A DNA stretch of 64,000 bases from Bugula neritina. Lineage: Eukaryota > Animalia > Bryozoa. The DNA lies in NCBI GenBank assembly GCA_964035545.1, contig CAXIUT010000230.1, forward strand, positions 558,001 to 622,000, in the 5' to 3' direction. Position 1 is the first letter of the stretch; each line of letters opens with the position of its first letter. The notes beneath the pieces are model-generated. The model was given only the letters and a program-made list of their open reading frames with translations, had not been told where the DNA came from and did no database searches. The position numbers were made by a program, and so were the translations under genes. Below are positions 1 through 15,741 of the stretch, one piece after another.

Positions 1-1465
1 AAAATACTGCAACATACTGAAATACACTGCAACACACCGAAATATACTGCAAAATAAAACAACATACTGAAATACACTGTAACATATTGAAATACACTGT
101 AACACATTGAAATATACTGCAACATACCGAGATATATTGTAAACTACTGAAATATACTGTAACACATTGAAAAATACTGCAACATACTGAAATTTACTGC
201 GACACATTGCAATATACTGTAACATACTGAAATATGCTGTAGCACACTGAAATACACTGCAACTCACTGAAATATACTGCAACATACTGAAATACACTGT
301 AACATATTGAAATATACTGCAACATACTGCACCATACTGAAATACACTGGAACATATTGAAATACACTGCAACAAATTGGAGTATACTGCAACACACTGA
401 AACACACTGAAATACACCGCAAAACACTACAAAATACTGAAACATACTGCAACATACTGAAATACACTACTACATACTGAAATATACTGCAACATACTGC
501 ACCATACTGAAATACACTGTAACATACTGAAAAACACTGCAACATAATACAACATTTTGAAATACACTGCAACACATTGAAATATACTGCAACATACCTA
601 AATATACGGTAATATACCAAAATATACTGTAACATAATGAAATATGCTGTAGCACATTGAAATACACTGCAACTCACTGAAATATACTGCAACATACTGA
701 AACACAGTGCTACATACTGAAATATACTGCAACATACTGCAACATACTGAAATACACTTCAACACACTGAAAAACACTGCAAAATACTGTAACACACTGA
801 AATATACTGCAAAACACTGAAATACACTGCTACATACTGAAATATACTGCAACACAGTGCAACATACTGCAACATACTAAAATATACTGCAACATACCTA
901 AATGTACGGTAATATACCAAAATATACTGTAACATAATGAAAAATACTGCAACATACTGAAATACACTTCAACACACTGAAAAACACTGCAAAATACTGT
1001 AACACACTGAAATATACTGCAAAACACTGAAATACACTGCTACATACTGAAATATACTGCAACACAGTGCAACATACTGCAACATACTAAAATATACTGC
1101 AACATACTGAAATACACTGCAAAATACTGAAATACACTGTAACATACTGAAATACACTGCAAAATATTACAACATATTGAAATACACTGCAATACATTGA
1201 AATATACTGCAACATACCTAAATATACGGTAATATACTGAAATATACTGTAACACATTGAAAAATACTGCAAAATACTGAAATACACTGCAACATACTAC
1301 AACATACTGAAATACGCTGTAATACATTGAAATACACTGCAACACATTGAAATATACTGTAACTCGCTGAAACATACTGTAACTCACTGAAATATAGTGT
1401 AATATACGGAAATGTACTGTAAAATACTGGAATATACTGTAACACACTGAAATACACTGCAACAT

Positions 1466-1567
1466 GTGTCAGTTTACTTCATTTAGTACACACCAGCAAA
1501 TTATGACCTAACATTAAAGTGTGCTCAAAATCCATTGAAATTTACTATACATGGTATTTTTATGTGT
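1466..1567. other. Single-copy 102-bp non-satellite insert flanked by the 8-bp direct repeat TGCAACAT (1458-1465 and 1568-1575)
   Basis: The sequence GTGTCAGTTTACTTCATTTAG...GGTATTTTTATGTGT lacks the + strand 10-bp pattern and was not seen elsewhere in the window. It is AT-rich, has no ORF in the track and has no clear terminal inverted repeats. The insert is certain; its origin is not. Confidence 0.9.
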
Positions 1568-1817
1568 TGCAACATACTAAAACATACTGCAACATACTGA
1601 AATACACTGCAAAATACTGAAATACACTGTAACATACTGAAATACACTGCAAAATACTACAACATTTTGAAATACACTGCAATACATTGAAATATACTGC
1701 AACATTCTAAATATACGGTAATATACTGAAATATAGTGTAACACATTGAAAAATACTACAAAATACTGAAATACACTGCAACATACTACAACATACTGAA
1801 ATACGCTGTAATACATT

Positions 1818-4800
1818 GGTAATATACTGAAATAAACTATAACACATTGAAAATACTGCAACATACTGAAATACACTGCAACACAACGAAATATACTGCA
1901 AAATAAAACAACATACTGAAATACACTGTAACATATTGAAATACACTGTAACACATTGAAATATACTGCAACATACCGAGATATATTGTAAACTACTGAA
2001 ATATACTGTAACACATTGAAAAATACTGCAACATACTGAAATTTACTGCGACACATTGCAATATACTGTAACATACTGAAATATGCTGTAGCACACTGAA
2101 ATACACTGCAACTCACTGAAATATACTGCAAAATACTGAAACACACTAAAACATATTGAAAAATACTGCAACATACTGAAATACACTGTAACATACTGAA
2201 ATACACTGCCAAATACTACAACATATTGAAATACACTGCAACGAACCTAAATGTACGGTAAGATACTGAAATATACTGTAACATATTAAAAAGTACAGCA
2301 ACATACTGAAAGATACTGCAAGATACTGCAACATACTAAAATACACTGTAACATAATGAAACACACTGCAACATACTGCATTATACTGACATACACTGGA
2401 ACATAATGAAATACACTGCAACAAATTGAAGTATACTGCAACACACCGAAACAGACGGCAACATACTGAAATATACTGCGACAGATTGAAATGTACAGCA
2501 ACATACTGAAATATACTGCTACACATTGCAATATACTGCAACATACTGAAATACGCGGTAATATATTGAAATACACTGCAACACGTTGAAATATACTGTA
2601 ACTCGCTGAAATATAGTGTAATATACGGAAATGTACTGTAACATACTGGAACATACTGTAACACACTGAAGTATACTGCAACATACTGAAATGCAGTGCT
2701 ACATACTGAAATATACTGCAACATACTGCAACATACTGAAATACACTGTAACATACTGAAACACACTGCAACATACTACAACATACTGAAATACACTGCT
2801 ACATACTGAAATATACTACTACATACTGCAACATTTGGCAACATACTGAAATATACTGCGACACATTGCAATATACTGAAACATACTGAAATATGCTGTA
2901 GCACACTGAAATACACTGCAACTCACTGAAATATACTGCAACATACTGAAATACACTGTGACATACTGAAATATACTGCGACATACTGCACCATACTGAA
3001 ATACACTGTAACATACTGAAATACACTGCAACACATTGAAATAGACTGCAAAATACTGAAATACACTGCTACATACTGAAATATACTGCAACACACTGCA
3101 ACATACTGCAACATACTGAAATATACTGCGACACATTGCAATATACTCTAACATACTGAAATACAGTGCTACATACTGAAATATACTGCAACATACCGAA
3201 ATACACTGTAACATGTTGAAATATACTGCAACATACCTAAATATACGGTAATATACCAAAATATACTGTAACACATTGAAAAATACTGCAACATACTGAA
3301 ATACACTGCAACCTCTGAAAAACACTGCAAAATACTGTAACACACTCAAATATACTGCAAAACACCGAAATACACTGCTACATACTGAAATATACTGCAA
3401 CACACTGCAACATACTGCAACATACTAAAATATACTGCAACATACTGAAATACACTGCAAAATACTGAAATACACGGTAACATACTGAAATATACTGCAA
3501 CACATTGCAATATACTGTAACATACTGAAATATGCTGTAGCACACTGAAATACACTGTAACTCACTGAAATATACTGCAACATACTGAAATACACTGCAA
3601 AATACTACAACATATTGAAATACACTGCAATACATTGAAATATACTGCAACATACCTAAATATACGGTAATATACTGCAATACACTGTAACACATTGAAA
3701 AATACTGCAAAATACCGAAATACACTGCAACATACTACAACATACTGAAATACGCTGTAATACATTGAAATACACTGCAACACATTGAAATATACTGTAA
3801 CTCGCTGAAACATACTGTAACTCACTGAAATATAGTGTAATATACGGAAATGTACTGTAAAATACTGGAATATACTGTAACACACTGAAATATACTGCAA
3901 CATAATGAAATACACTGTAACATACTGAAATACACTGCAACATCCCGCAACATATTGAAATACACTGCAGCACACTGCAACATACTGCAACATACTAAAA
4001 TATACTGCAACATACTGAAATACACTGCAAAATACTGAAATACACTGTAACATACTGAAATATACTGCAACATACTGAAATACACTGCTACATACTGAAA
4101 TATACTGCAACATACTGCAACATACTAAAATACACTGCAACATATTGAAATACACTGCAACACATTGAAATATACGGCAAAATACTGAAATACACTGCTA
4201 CATACTGAAATATACTGCAACACACTGCAACATACTGCAACATACTAAAATTTACTGCAACATACTGAAATACAGTGCAGAATACTGAAATAAACTGTAA
4301 CATACTGAAATATACTGCAAAATACTGAAATACACTGCTACACACTGAAAAATACTGCAACACACTGCGACATACTGCAACATACTAAAATACACTGTAA
4401 CATATTGAAATACACTGCAACACATTGAAATATGCTGCAATGTACCGAAATATATGGTAAACTACTGAAATATACTGTCACACATTGAAAAATACTGACA
4501 CATACTGAAATATACTGCGACACATTGCAATATACTGTAACATACTGAAATATGCTGTAGCACACTGAAATACACTGTAACTCACTGAAATATACTGCAA
4601 CATACTGAAATACACTGTAACATGTTGAAATATACTGCAACATACTGCAATACACTGCAACATACTACAACATATTGAAAGACACTGCAACACATTGAAA
4701 TATACTGCAACATACCTAAATATACGGTAATATACCAAAATAAACTGTAACACATTGAAAAATACTGCAACATACTGAAATACACAGCAACACACTGAAA

Positions 4801-7800
4801 AACTCTGCAAAATACTGTAACACACTGAAATATACTGCAAAATACTGAAATACTCTGCTACATACTGAAATATACTGCAACACACTGCAACATACTGCAA
4901 CATACTAAAATATACTGCAACATACTGAAATACACTGCAAAATACTGAAATACACTGTAACATACTGAAATATACTGCAACATACTGAAGTACACTCCTA
5001 CATACTGAAATATACTGCAACTCACTGCAACATACTGCAACATACTAAAATACACTGTAACATATTGAAATACACTGCAACACATTGAAATATACTGCAA
5101 AATACTGAAATACACTGCTACACACTGAAATATACTGCAACACACGGCAACATACTGCAACATACTAAAATATACTGCAACATACTGAAATACACTGCAA
5201 AATACTGAAATACACTGTAACATACTGAAATATACTGCAACATACTGAAATATACTGCTACATACTGAAATATACAGCAACACACTGCAACATACTGCAA
5301 CATACTAAAATACACTGTAACATAATGAAATACACTGCAACATACTGAAATACACTGCAAAATACTGAAATACACTGTAACATACTGAAATATACTGCAA
5401 CATACTGAAATACACTGCTATATACTGAAATATATGGCAACACACTGCAACATACTGAAACATACTGAAATACACTGTAACATACTGAAATTCACTGCAA
5501 CATACTACAACATTTTGAAATACACTGCAACACATTGAAATATACTGCAACATACCTAAATATACGGTAATATACCAAAATACACTGTAACATAATGAAA
5601 AATACTGCAACATACTGAAATACACTTCAACACACTGAAAAACACTGCAAAATACTGTAACACACTGAATGATACTGCAAAATACCGATATACACTGCTA
5701 CATACTGAAATATACTGCAACACACTGCAACATACTGCAACATACTAAAATATACTGCAACATACTGAAATACACTGCAAAATACTGAAATACACTGTAA
5801 CATAATGAAATACACTGCAAAATACTACAACATATTGAAATACACTGCAATACATTGAAGTATACTGCAACATACCTAAATATACGGTAATATACTGAAA
5901 TATACTGTAACACATTGAAAAATACTGCAAAATACTCAAATACACTGCAACATACTACAACATACCGAAATACGCTGTAATACATTGAAATACACTGCAA
6001 CACATTGAAATATACTGTAACTCGCTGAAACATACTGTAACTCACTGAAATATAGTGTAATATACGGAAATGTACTGTAAAATAAAGGAATATACTGTAA
6101 CACACTGAAATATACTGCAACATGATGAAATACACTGTAACATACTGAAATACACTGCAACATCCGGCAACATATTGAAATACACTGCAGCACACTGCAA
6201 CATACTAAAATATACTGCAACATACTGAAATACACTGCAAAATACTGAAATATACTGCAACATACTGCAACATACTAAAATACACTGTAACATATTGAAA
6301 TACACTGCAACACATTGAAATATATGGCAAAATACTGAAATACACTGCTACATACTGAAATATACTGCAACACACTGCAACATACTGCAACATACTAAAA
6401 TTTACTGCAACATACTGAATTACACTGCAGAATACTGAAATACACTGTAACATACTGAAATATACTGCGACACATTGCAATATACTGTAACATACTGAAA
6501 TATGCTGTAGCACATTGAAATACACTGCAACTCACTGAAATATACTGCAACATACTGAAATACACTGTAACATATTGAAATACACTGCAACATACTGAAA
6601 TACAGTGCAACATACTGAAATATACTGCAACATACTGCAACATACTGAAATACACTGTAACAAACTGAAATACACTGCAACATACTACAACATTTTGAAA
6701 CACACTGCAACACATTGAAATATACTGCAACATTCCTAAATATACGGTAATATATCAAAATATACTGTAACACATTGAAAAATACTGCAACATACTGAAA
6801 TACACTGCTACATACTGAAATATACTGCAACACACTGCAACATACTGCAACATACTAAAATTTACTGCAACATACTGAAATACACTGCAGAATACTGAAA
6901 TACACTGTAACATACTGAAATATACTGCAAAATACTGAAATACACTGCTACATACTGAAAAATACTGCAACACACTGCGACATACTGCAACATACTAAAA
7001 TACACTGTAACATATTGAAATACACTGCAACACATTGAAATATGCTGCAATGTACCGAAATATATGGTAAACTACTGAAATATACTGTAACACATTGAAA
7101 AATACTGCAACATACTGAAATACACTGCATTACACTGAAAAACATTGCAAAATACTGTAACACACTGAAATATACTGCAAAACACTGAATTACACTGCTA
7201 CATACTGAAATATACTGCAACACAGTGCAACATGCTGCAACATACTAAAATATACTGCAACATGCTGAAATACACTGCAGAATACTGATATACACTGTAA
7301 CATACTGAAATACACTGCAAAATACTACAACATTTTGAAATACACTGCAATACATTGAAATATACTGCAACTTACCTAAATATACGGTAATATACTGAAA
7401 TATACTGTAACACATTGAAAAATACTACAAAATACTGAAATACACTGCAACATACTACAACATACTGAAATACACTGTAATACATTGAATATACTGCAAC
7501 ATACCTAAATATGCGGTAATATACTGAAATAAACTATAACACATTGAAAATACTGCAACATACTGAAATACACTGCAACACAACGAAATATACTGCAAAA
7601 TAAAACAACATACTGAAATACACTGTAACATATTGAAATACACTGTAACACATTGAAATATACTGCAACATACCGAGATATATTGTAAACTACTGAAATA
7701 TACTGTAACACATTGAAAAATACTGCAACATACTGAAATTTACTGCGACACATTGCAATATACTGTAACATACTGAAATATGCTGTAGCACACTGAAATA

Positions 7801-10800
7801 CACTGCAACTCACTGAAATATACTGCAAAATACTGAAACACACTAAAACATATTGAAAAATACTGCAACATACTGAAATACACTGTAACATACTGAAATA
7901 CACTGCCAAATACTACAACATATTGAAATACACTGCAACGAACCTAAATGTACGGTAAGATACTGAAATATACTGTAACATATTAAAAAGTACAGCAACA
8001 TACTGAAAGATACTGCAAGATACTGCAACATACTAAAATACACTGTAACATAATGAAACACACTGCAACATACTGCATTATACTGACATACACTGGAACA
8101 TAATGAAATACACTGCAACATATTGAAGTATACTGCAACACACCGAAACATACGGCAACATACTGAAATATACTGCGACAGATTGAAATGTACAGCAACA
8201 TACTGAAATATACTGCGACACATTGCAATATACTGCAACATACTGAAATACGCGGTAATATATTGAAATACACTGCAACACGTTGAAATATACTGTAACT
8301 CGCTGAAATATAGTGTAATATACGGAAATGTACTGTAACATACTGGAACATACTGTAACACACTGAAGTATACTGCAACATACTGAAATGCAGTGCTACA
8401 TACTGAAATATACTGCAACATACTGCAACATACTGAAAGACACTGTAACATACTGAAACACACTGCAACATACTACAACATACTGAAATACACTGCTACA
8501 TACTGAAATATACTACTACATACTGCAACATTTGGCAACATACTGAAATATACTGCGACACATTGCAATATACTGAAACATACTGAAATATGCTGTAGCA
8601 CACTGAAATACACTGCAACTCACTGAAATATACTGCAACATACTGAAATACACTGTGACATACTGAAATATACTGCGACATACTGCACCATACTGAAATA
8701 CACTGTAACATACTGAAATACACTGCAACACATTGAAATAGACTGCAAAATACTGAAATACACTGCTATATACTGAAATATACTGCAACACACTGCAACA
8801 TACTGCAACATACTGAAATATACTGCGACACATTGCAATATACTCTAACATACTGAAATACAGTGCTACATACTGAAATATACTGCAACATACCGAAATA
8901 CACTGTAACATGTTGAAATATACTGCAACATACCTAAATATACGGTAATATACCAAAATATACTGTAACACATTGAAAAATACTGCAACATACTGAAATA
9001 CACTGCAACCTCTGAAAAACACTGCAAAATACTGTAACACACTCAAATATACTGCAAAACACCAAAATACACTGCTACATACTGAAATATACTGCAACAC
9101 ACTGCAACATACTGCAACATACTAAAATATACTGCAACATACTGAAATACACTGCAAAATACTGAAATACACTGTAACATACTGAAATATACTGCAACAC
9201 ATTGCAATATACTGTAACATACTGAAATATGCTGTAGCACACTGAAATACACTGAAACTCACTGAAATATACTGCAACATACTGAAATACACTGCAAAAT
9301 ACTACAACATATTGAAATACACTGCAATACATTGAAATATACTGCAACATACCTAAATATACGGTAATATACTGCAATACACTGTAACACATTGAAAAAT
9401 ACTGCAAAATACCGAAATACACTGCAACATACTACAACATACTGAAATACGCTGTAATACATTGAAATACACTGCAACACATTGAAATATACTGTAACTC
9501 GCTGAAACATACTGTAACTCACTGAAATATAGTGTAATATACGGAAATGTACTGTAAAATACTGGAATATACTGTAACACACTGAAATATACTGCAACAT
9601 AATGAAATACACTGTAACATACTGAAATACACTGCAACATCCCGCAACATATTGAAATACACTGCAGCACACTGCAACATACTGCAACATACTAAAATAT
9701 ACTGCAACATACTGAAATACACTGCAAAATACTGAAATACACTGTAACATACTGAAATATACTGCAACATACTGAAATACACTGCTACATACTGAAATAT
9801 ACTGCAACATACTGCAACATACTAAAATACACTGCAACATATTGAAATACACTGCAACACATTGAAATATACGGCAAAATACTGAAATATACTGCTACAT
9901 ACTGAAATATACTGCAACACACTGCAACATACTGCAACATACTAAAATATACTGCAACATACTGAAATACAGTGCAGAATACTGAAATAAACTGTAACAT
10001 ACTGAAATATACTGCAAAATACTGAAATACACTGTTACACACTGAAAAATACTGCAACACACTGCGACATACTGCAACATACTAAAATACACTGTAACAT
10101 ATTGAAATACACTGCAACACATTGAAATATGCTGCAATGTACCGAAATATATGGTAAACTACTGAAATATACTGTCACACATTGAAAAATACTGACACAT
10201 ACTGAAATATACTGCGACACATTGCAATATACTGTAACATACTGAAATATGCTGTAGCACACTGAAATACACTGTAACTCACTGAAATATACTGCAACAT
10301 ACTGAAATACACTGTAACATGTTGAAATATACTGCAACATACTGCAATACACTGCAACATACTACAACATATTGAAAGACACTGCAACACATTGAAATAT
10401 ACTGCAACATACCTAAATATACGGTAATATACCAAAATAAACTGTTACACATTGAAAAATACTGCAACATACTGAAATACACAGCAACACACTGAAAAAC
10501 TCTGCAAAATACTGTAACACACTGAAATATACTGCAAAATACTGAAATACTCTGCTACATACTGAAATATACTGCAACACACTGCAACATACTGCAACAT
10601 ACTAAAATATACTGCAACATACTGAAATACACTGCAAAATACTGAAATACACTGTAACATACTGAAATATACTGCAACATACTGAAGTACACTCCTACAT
10701 ACTGAAATATACTGCAACTCACTGCAACATACTGCAACATACTAAAATACACTGTAACATATTGAAATACACTGCAACACATTGAAATATACTGCAAAAT

Positions 10801-12719
10801 ACTGAAATACACTGCTACACACTGAAATATACTGCAACACACGGCAACATACTGCAACATACTAAAATATACTGCAACATGCTGAAATACACTGCAAAAT
10901 ACTGAAATACACTGTAACATACTGAAATATACTGCAACATACTGAAATATACTGCTACATACTGAAATATACAGCAACACACTGCAACATACTGCAACAT
11001 ACTAAAATACACTGTAACATAATGAAATACACTGCAACATACTGAAATACACTGCAAAATACTGAAATACACTGTAACATACTGAAATATACTGCAACAT
11101 ACTGAAATACACTGCTACATACTGAAATATATGGCAACACACTGCAACATACTGAAACATACTGAAATACACTGTAACATACTGAAATTCACTGCAACAT
11201 ACTACAACATTTTGAAATACACTGCAACACATTGAAATATACTGCAACATACCTAAATATACGGTAATATACCAAAATACACTGTAACATAATGAAAAAT
11301 ACTGCAACATACTGAAATACACTTCAACACACTGAAAAACACTGCAAAATACTGTAACACACTGAATGACACTGCAAAATACTGAAATACACTGCTACAT
11401 ACTGAAATATACTGCAACACACTGCAACATACTGCAACATACTAAAATATACTGCAACATACTGAAATACACTGCAAAATACTGAAATACACTGTAACAT
11501 ACTGAAATACACTGCAAAATACTACAACATATTGAAATACACTGCAATACATTGAAGTATACTGCAACATACCTAAATATACGGTAATATACTGAAATAT
11601 ACTGTAACACATTGAAAAATACTGCAAAATACTCAAATACACTGCAACATACTACAACATACCGAAATACGCTGTAATACATTGAAATACACTGCAACAC
11701 ATTGAAATATACTGTAACTCGCTGAAACATACTGTAACTCACTGAAATATAGTGTAATATACGGAAATGTACTGTAAAATAAAGGAATATACTGTAACAC
11801 ACTGAAATATACTGCAACATAATGAAATACACTGTAACATACTGAAATACACTGCAACATCCCGCAACATATTGAAACACACTGCAGCACACTGCAACAT
11901 ACTAAAATATACTGCAACATACTGAAATACACTGCAAAATACTGAAATATACTGCAACATACTGCAACATACTAAAATACACTGTAACATATTGAAATAC
12001 ACTGCAACACATTGAAATATATGGCAAAATACTGAAATACACTGCTACATACTGAAATATACTGCAACACACTGCAACATACTGCAACATACTAAAATTT
12101 ACTGCAACATACTGAAATACACTGCAGAATACTGAAATACACTGTAACATACTGAAATATACTGCGACACATTGCAATATACTGTAACATACTGAAATAT
12201 GCTGTAGCACATTGAAATACACTGCAACTCACTGAAATATACTGCAACATACTGAAATACACTGTAACATATTGAAATACACTGCAACATACTGAAATAC
12301 AGTGCTACATACTGAAATATACTGCAACATACTGCAACATACTGAAATACACTGTAACAAACTGAAATACACTGCAACATACTACAACATTTTGAAACAC
12401 ACTGCAACACATTGAAATATACTGCAACATTCCTAAATATACGGTAATATATCAAAATATACTGTAACACATTGAAAAATACTGCAACATACTGAAATAC
12501 ACTGCTACATACTGAAATATACTGCAACACACTGCAACTTACTGCAACATACTAAAATTTACTGCAACATACTGAAATACACTGCAGAATACTGAAATAC
12601 ACTGTAACATACTGAAATATACTGCAAAATACTGAAATACACTGCTACATACTGAAAAATACTGCAACACACTGCGACATACTGCAACATACTAAAATAC
12701 ACTGTAACATATTGAAATA
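1818..12719 (+). repeat. Higher-order tandem duplication, period 5697 bp (1818-7022 matches 7515-12719)
   Basis: Rare variants recur at +5697: AAATAAAACAAC 1901/7598 and CCTCTG 3312/9009. ORF-track pairs show the same offset (2146/7843, 3346/9043, 4858/10555, 6205/11902). Scattered SNPs distinguish the copies. Confidence 0.93.
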
Positions 12720-15700
12720 TACTGCAACATACTGCAATACACTGCAACATACTACAACATATTGAAAGACACTGCAACACATTGAAATATACTGCAACAT
12801 ACCTAAATATACGGTAATTTACCAAAATAGACTGTTACACATTGAAAAATACTGCAACATACTGAAATACACTGCAACACACCGAAAAACACTGCAAAAT
12901 ACTGTAACACACTGAAATATACTGCAAAATACTGAAATACACTGCTACATACTGAAATATACTGCAACACACTGCAACATACTGCAACATGCTAACATAT
13001 ACTGCAACATACTGAAATACACTGCAAAATACTGAAATACACTGTAACATTCTGAAATATACTGCAACATACTGAAGTACACTCCTACATACTGAAAAAT
13101 ACTGCAACTCACTGCAACATACTGCAACATACTAAAATACACTGTAACATATTGAAATACACTGCAACACATTGAAATATACTGCAAAATACTGAAATAC
13201 ACTGCTACATACTGAAAAATACTGCAACACACTGCGACATACTGCAACATACTAAAATACACTGTAACATATTGAAATACACTGCAACACATTGAAATAT
13301 GCTGCAATGTACCGAAATATATGGTAAACTACTGAAATATACTGTCACACATTGAAAAATACTGACACATACTGAAATATACTGCGACACAGTGCAATAT
13401 ACTGTAACATACTGAAATATGCTGTAGCACACTGAAATACACTGCAACTCACTGAAATATACTGCAACATACTGAAATACACTGTAACATATCGAAATAT
13501 ACTGCAACATACTGCAATACACTGCAACATACTACAACATATTGAAAGACACTGCAACACATTGAAATATACTGCAACATACCTAAATATATGGTAATAT
13601 ACCAAAATAAACTGTTACACATTGAAAAATACTGCAACATACTGAAATACACTGCATTACACTGAAAAACATTGCAAAATACTGTAACACACTGAAATAT
13701 ACTGCAAAACACTGAAATACACTGCTACATACTGAAATATACTGCAACACAGTGCAACATACTGCAACATACTAAAATATACTGCAACATACTGAAATAC
13801 ACTGCAGAATACTGATATACACTGTAACATACTGAAATACACTGCAAAATACTACAACATTTTGAAATACACTGCAATACATTGAAATATACTGCAACTT
13901 ACCTAAATATACAGTAATATACTGAAATATACTGTAACACATTGAAAAATACTACAAAATACTGAAATACACTGCAACATACTACAACATACTGAAATAC
14001 GCTGTTATACATTGAATATACTGCAACATACCTAAATATGCGGTAATATACTGAAATAAACTATAACACATTGAAAATACTGCAACATACTGAAATACAC
14101 TGCAACACACCCAAATATACTGCAAAATAAAACAACATACTGAAATACACTGTAACATATTGAAATACACTGTAACACATTGAAATATACTGCAACATAC
14201 CGAGATATATTGTAAACTACTGAAATATACTGTAACACATTGAAAAATACTGCAACATACTGAAATTTACTGCGACACATTGCAATATACTGTAACATAC
14301 TGAAATATGCTGTAGCACACTGAAATACACTGCAACTCACTGAAATATACTGCAAAATACTGAAATACACTAAAACATATTGAAAAATACTGCAACATAC
14401 TGAAATACACTGTAACATACTGAAATACACTGCCAAATACTACAACATATTGAAATACACTGCAACGAACCTAAATGTACGGTAAGATACTGAAATATAC
14501 TGTAACACATTAAAAAGTACAGCAACATACTGAAAGATACTGCAAGATACTGCAACATACTAAAATACACTGGAACATAATGAAATACACTGCAACAAAT
14601 TGAAGTATACTGCAACACACCGAAACATACGGCAACATACTGAAATATACTGCGACAGATTGAAATGTACAGCAACATACTGAAATATACTGCGACACAT
14701 TGCAATATACTGCAACATACTGAAATACGCGGTAATATATTGAAATACACTGCAACACATTGAAATATACTGTGACTCGCTGAAATATAGTGTAATATAC
14801 GGAAATGTATTGTAACATACTGGAACATACTGTAACACACTGAAGTATACTGCAACATACTGAAATGCAGTGCTACATACTGAAATATACTGCAACATAC
14901 TGCAACACACTGAAATACACTGTAACATACTGAAATACACTGCAACATACTACAACATACTGAAATACACTGCTACATACTGAAATATACTACTACATAC
15001 TGCAACATTTGGCAACATACTGAAATATACTGCGACACATTGCAATATACTGAAACATACTGAAATATGCTGTAGCACACTGAAATACACTGCAACTCAC
15101 TGAAATATACTGCAACATACTGAAATACACTGTGACATACTGAAATATACTGCGACATACTGCTCCATACTGAAATACACTGTAACATACTGAAATACAC
15201 TGCAACACATTGAAATATACTGCAAAATACTGAAATACACTGCTACATACTGAAATATACTGCAACACACTGCAACATACTGCAACATACTGAAATATAC
15301 TGCGACACATTGCAATATACTCTAACATACTGAAATACAGTGCTACATACTGAAATATACTGCAACATACCGAAATACACTGTAACATGTTGAAATATAC
15401 TGCAACATACCTAAATATACGGTAATATACCAAAATATACTGTAACACATTGAAAAATACTGCAACATACTGAAATACACTGCAACCTCTGAAAAACACT
15501 GCAAAATACTGTAACACACTCAAATATACTGCAAAACACCGAAATACACTGCTACATACTGAAATATACTGCAACACACTGCAACATACTGCAACATACT
15601 AAAATATACTGCAACATACTGAAATACACTGCAAAATACTGAAATACACTGTAACATACTGAAATATACTGCGACACATTGCAATATACTGTAACATACT

Positions 15701-15741
15701 GAAATATGCTGTAGCACACTGAAATACACTGAAACTCACTG

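Noticed and set aside
1466-1567. Insert as a MITE, SINE, tRNA or other ncRNA
   Set aside because: Its own ends (GTGTCAGTTT... / ...TTTATGTGT) are not inverted repeats. I recognise no Pol III A/B boxes, poly(A) tail or cloverleaf. It is left unclassified pending a database search.
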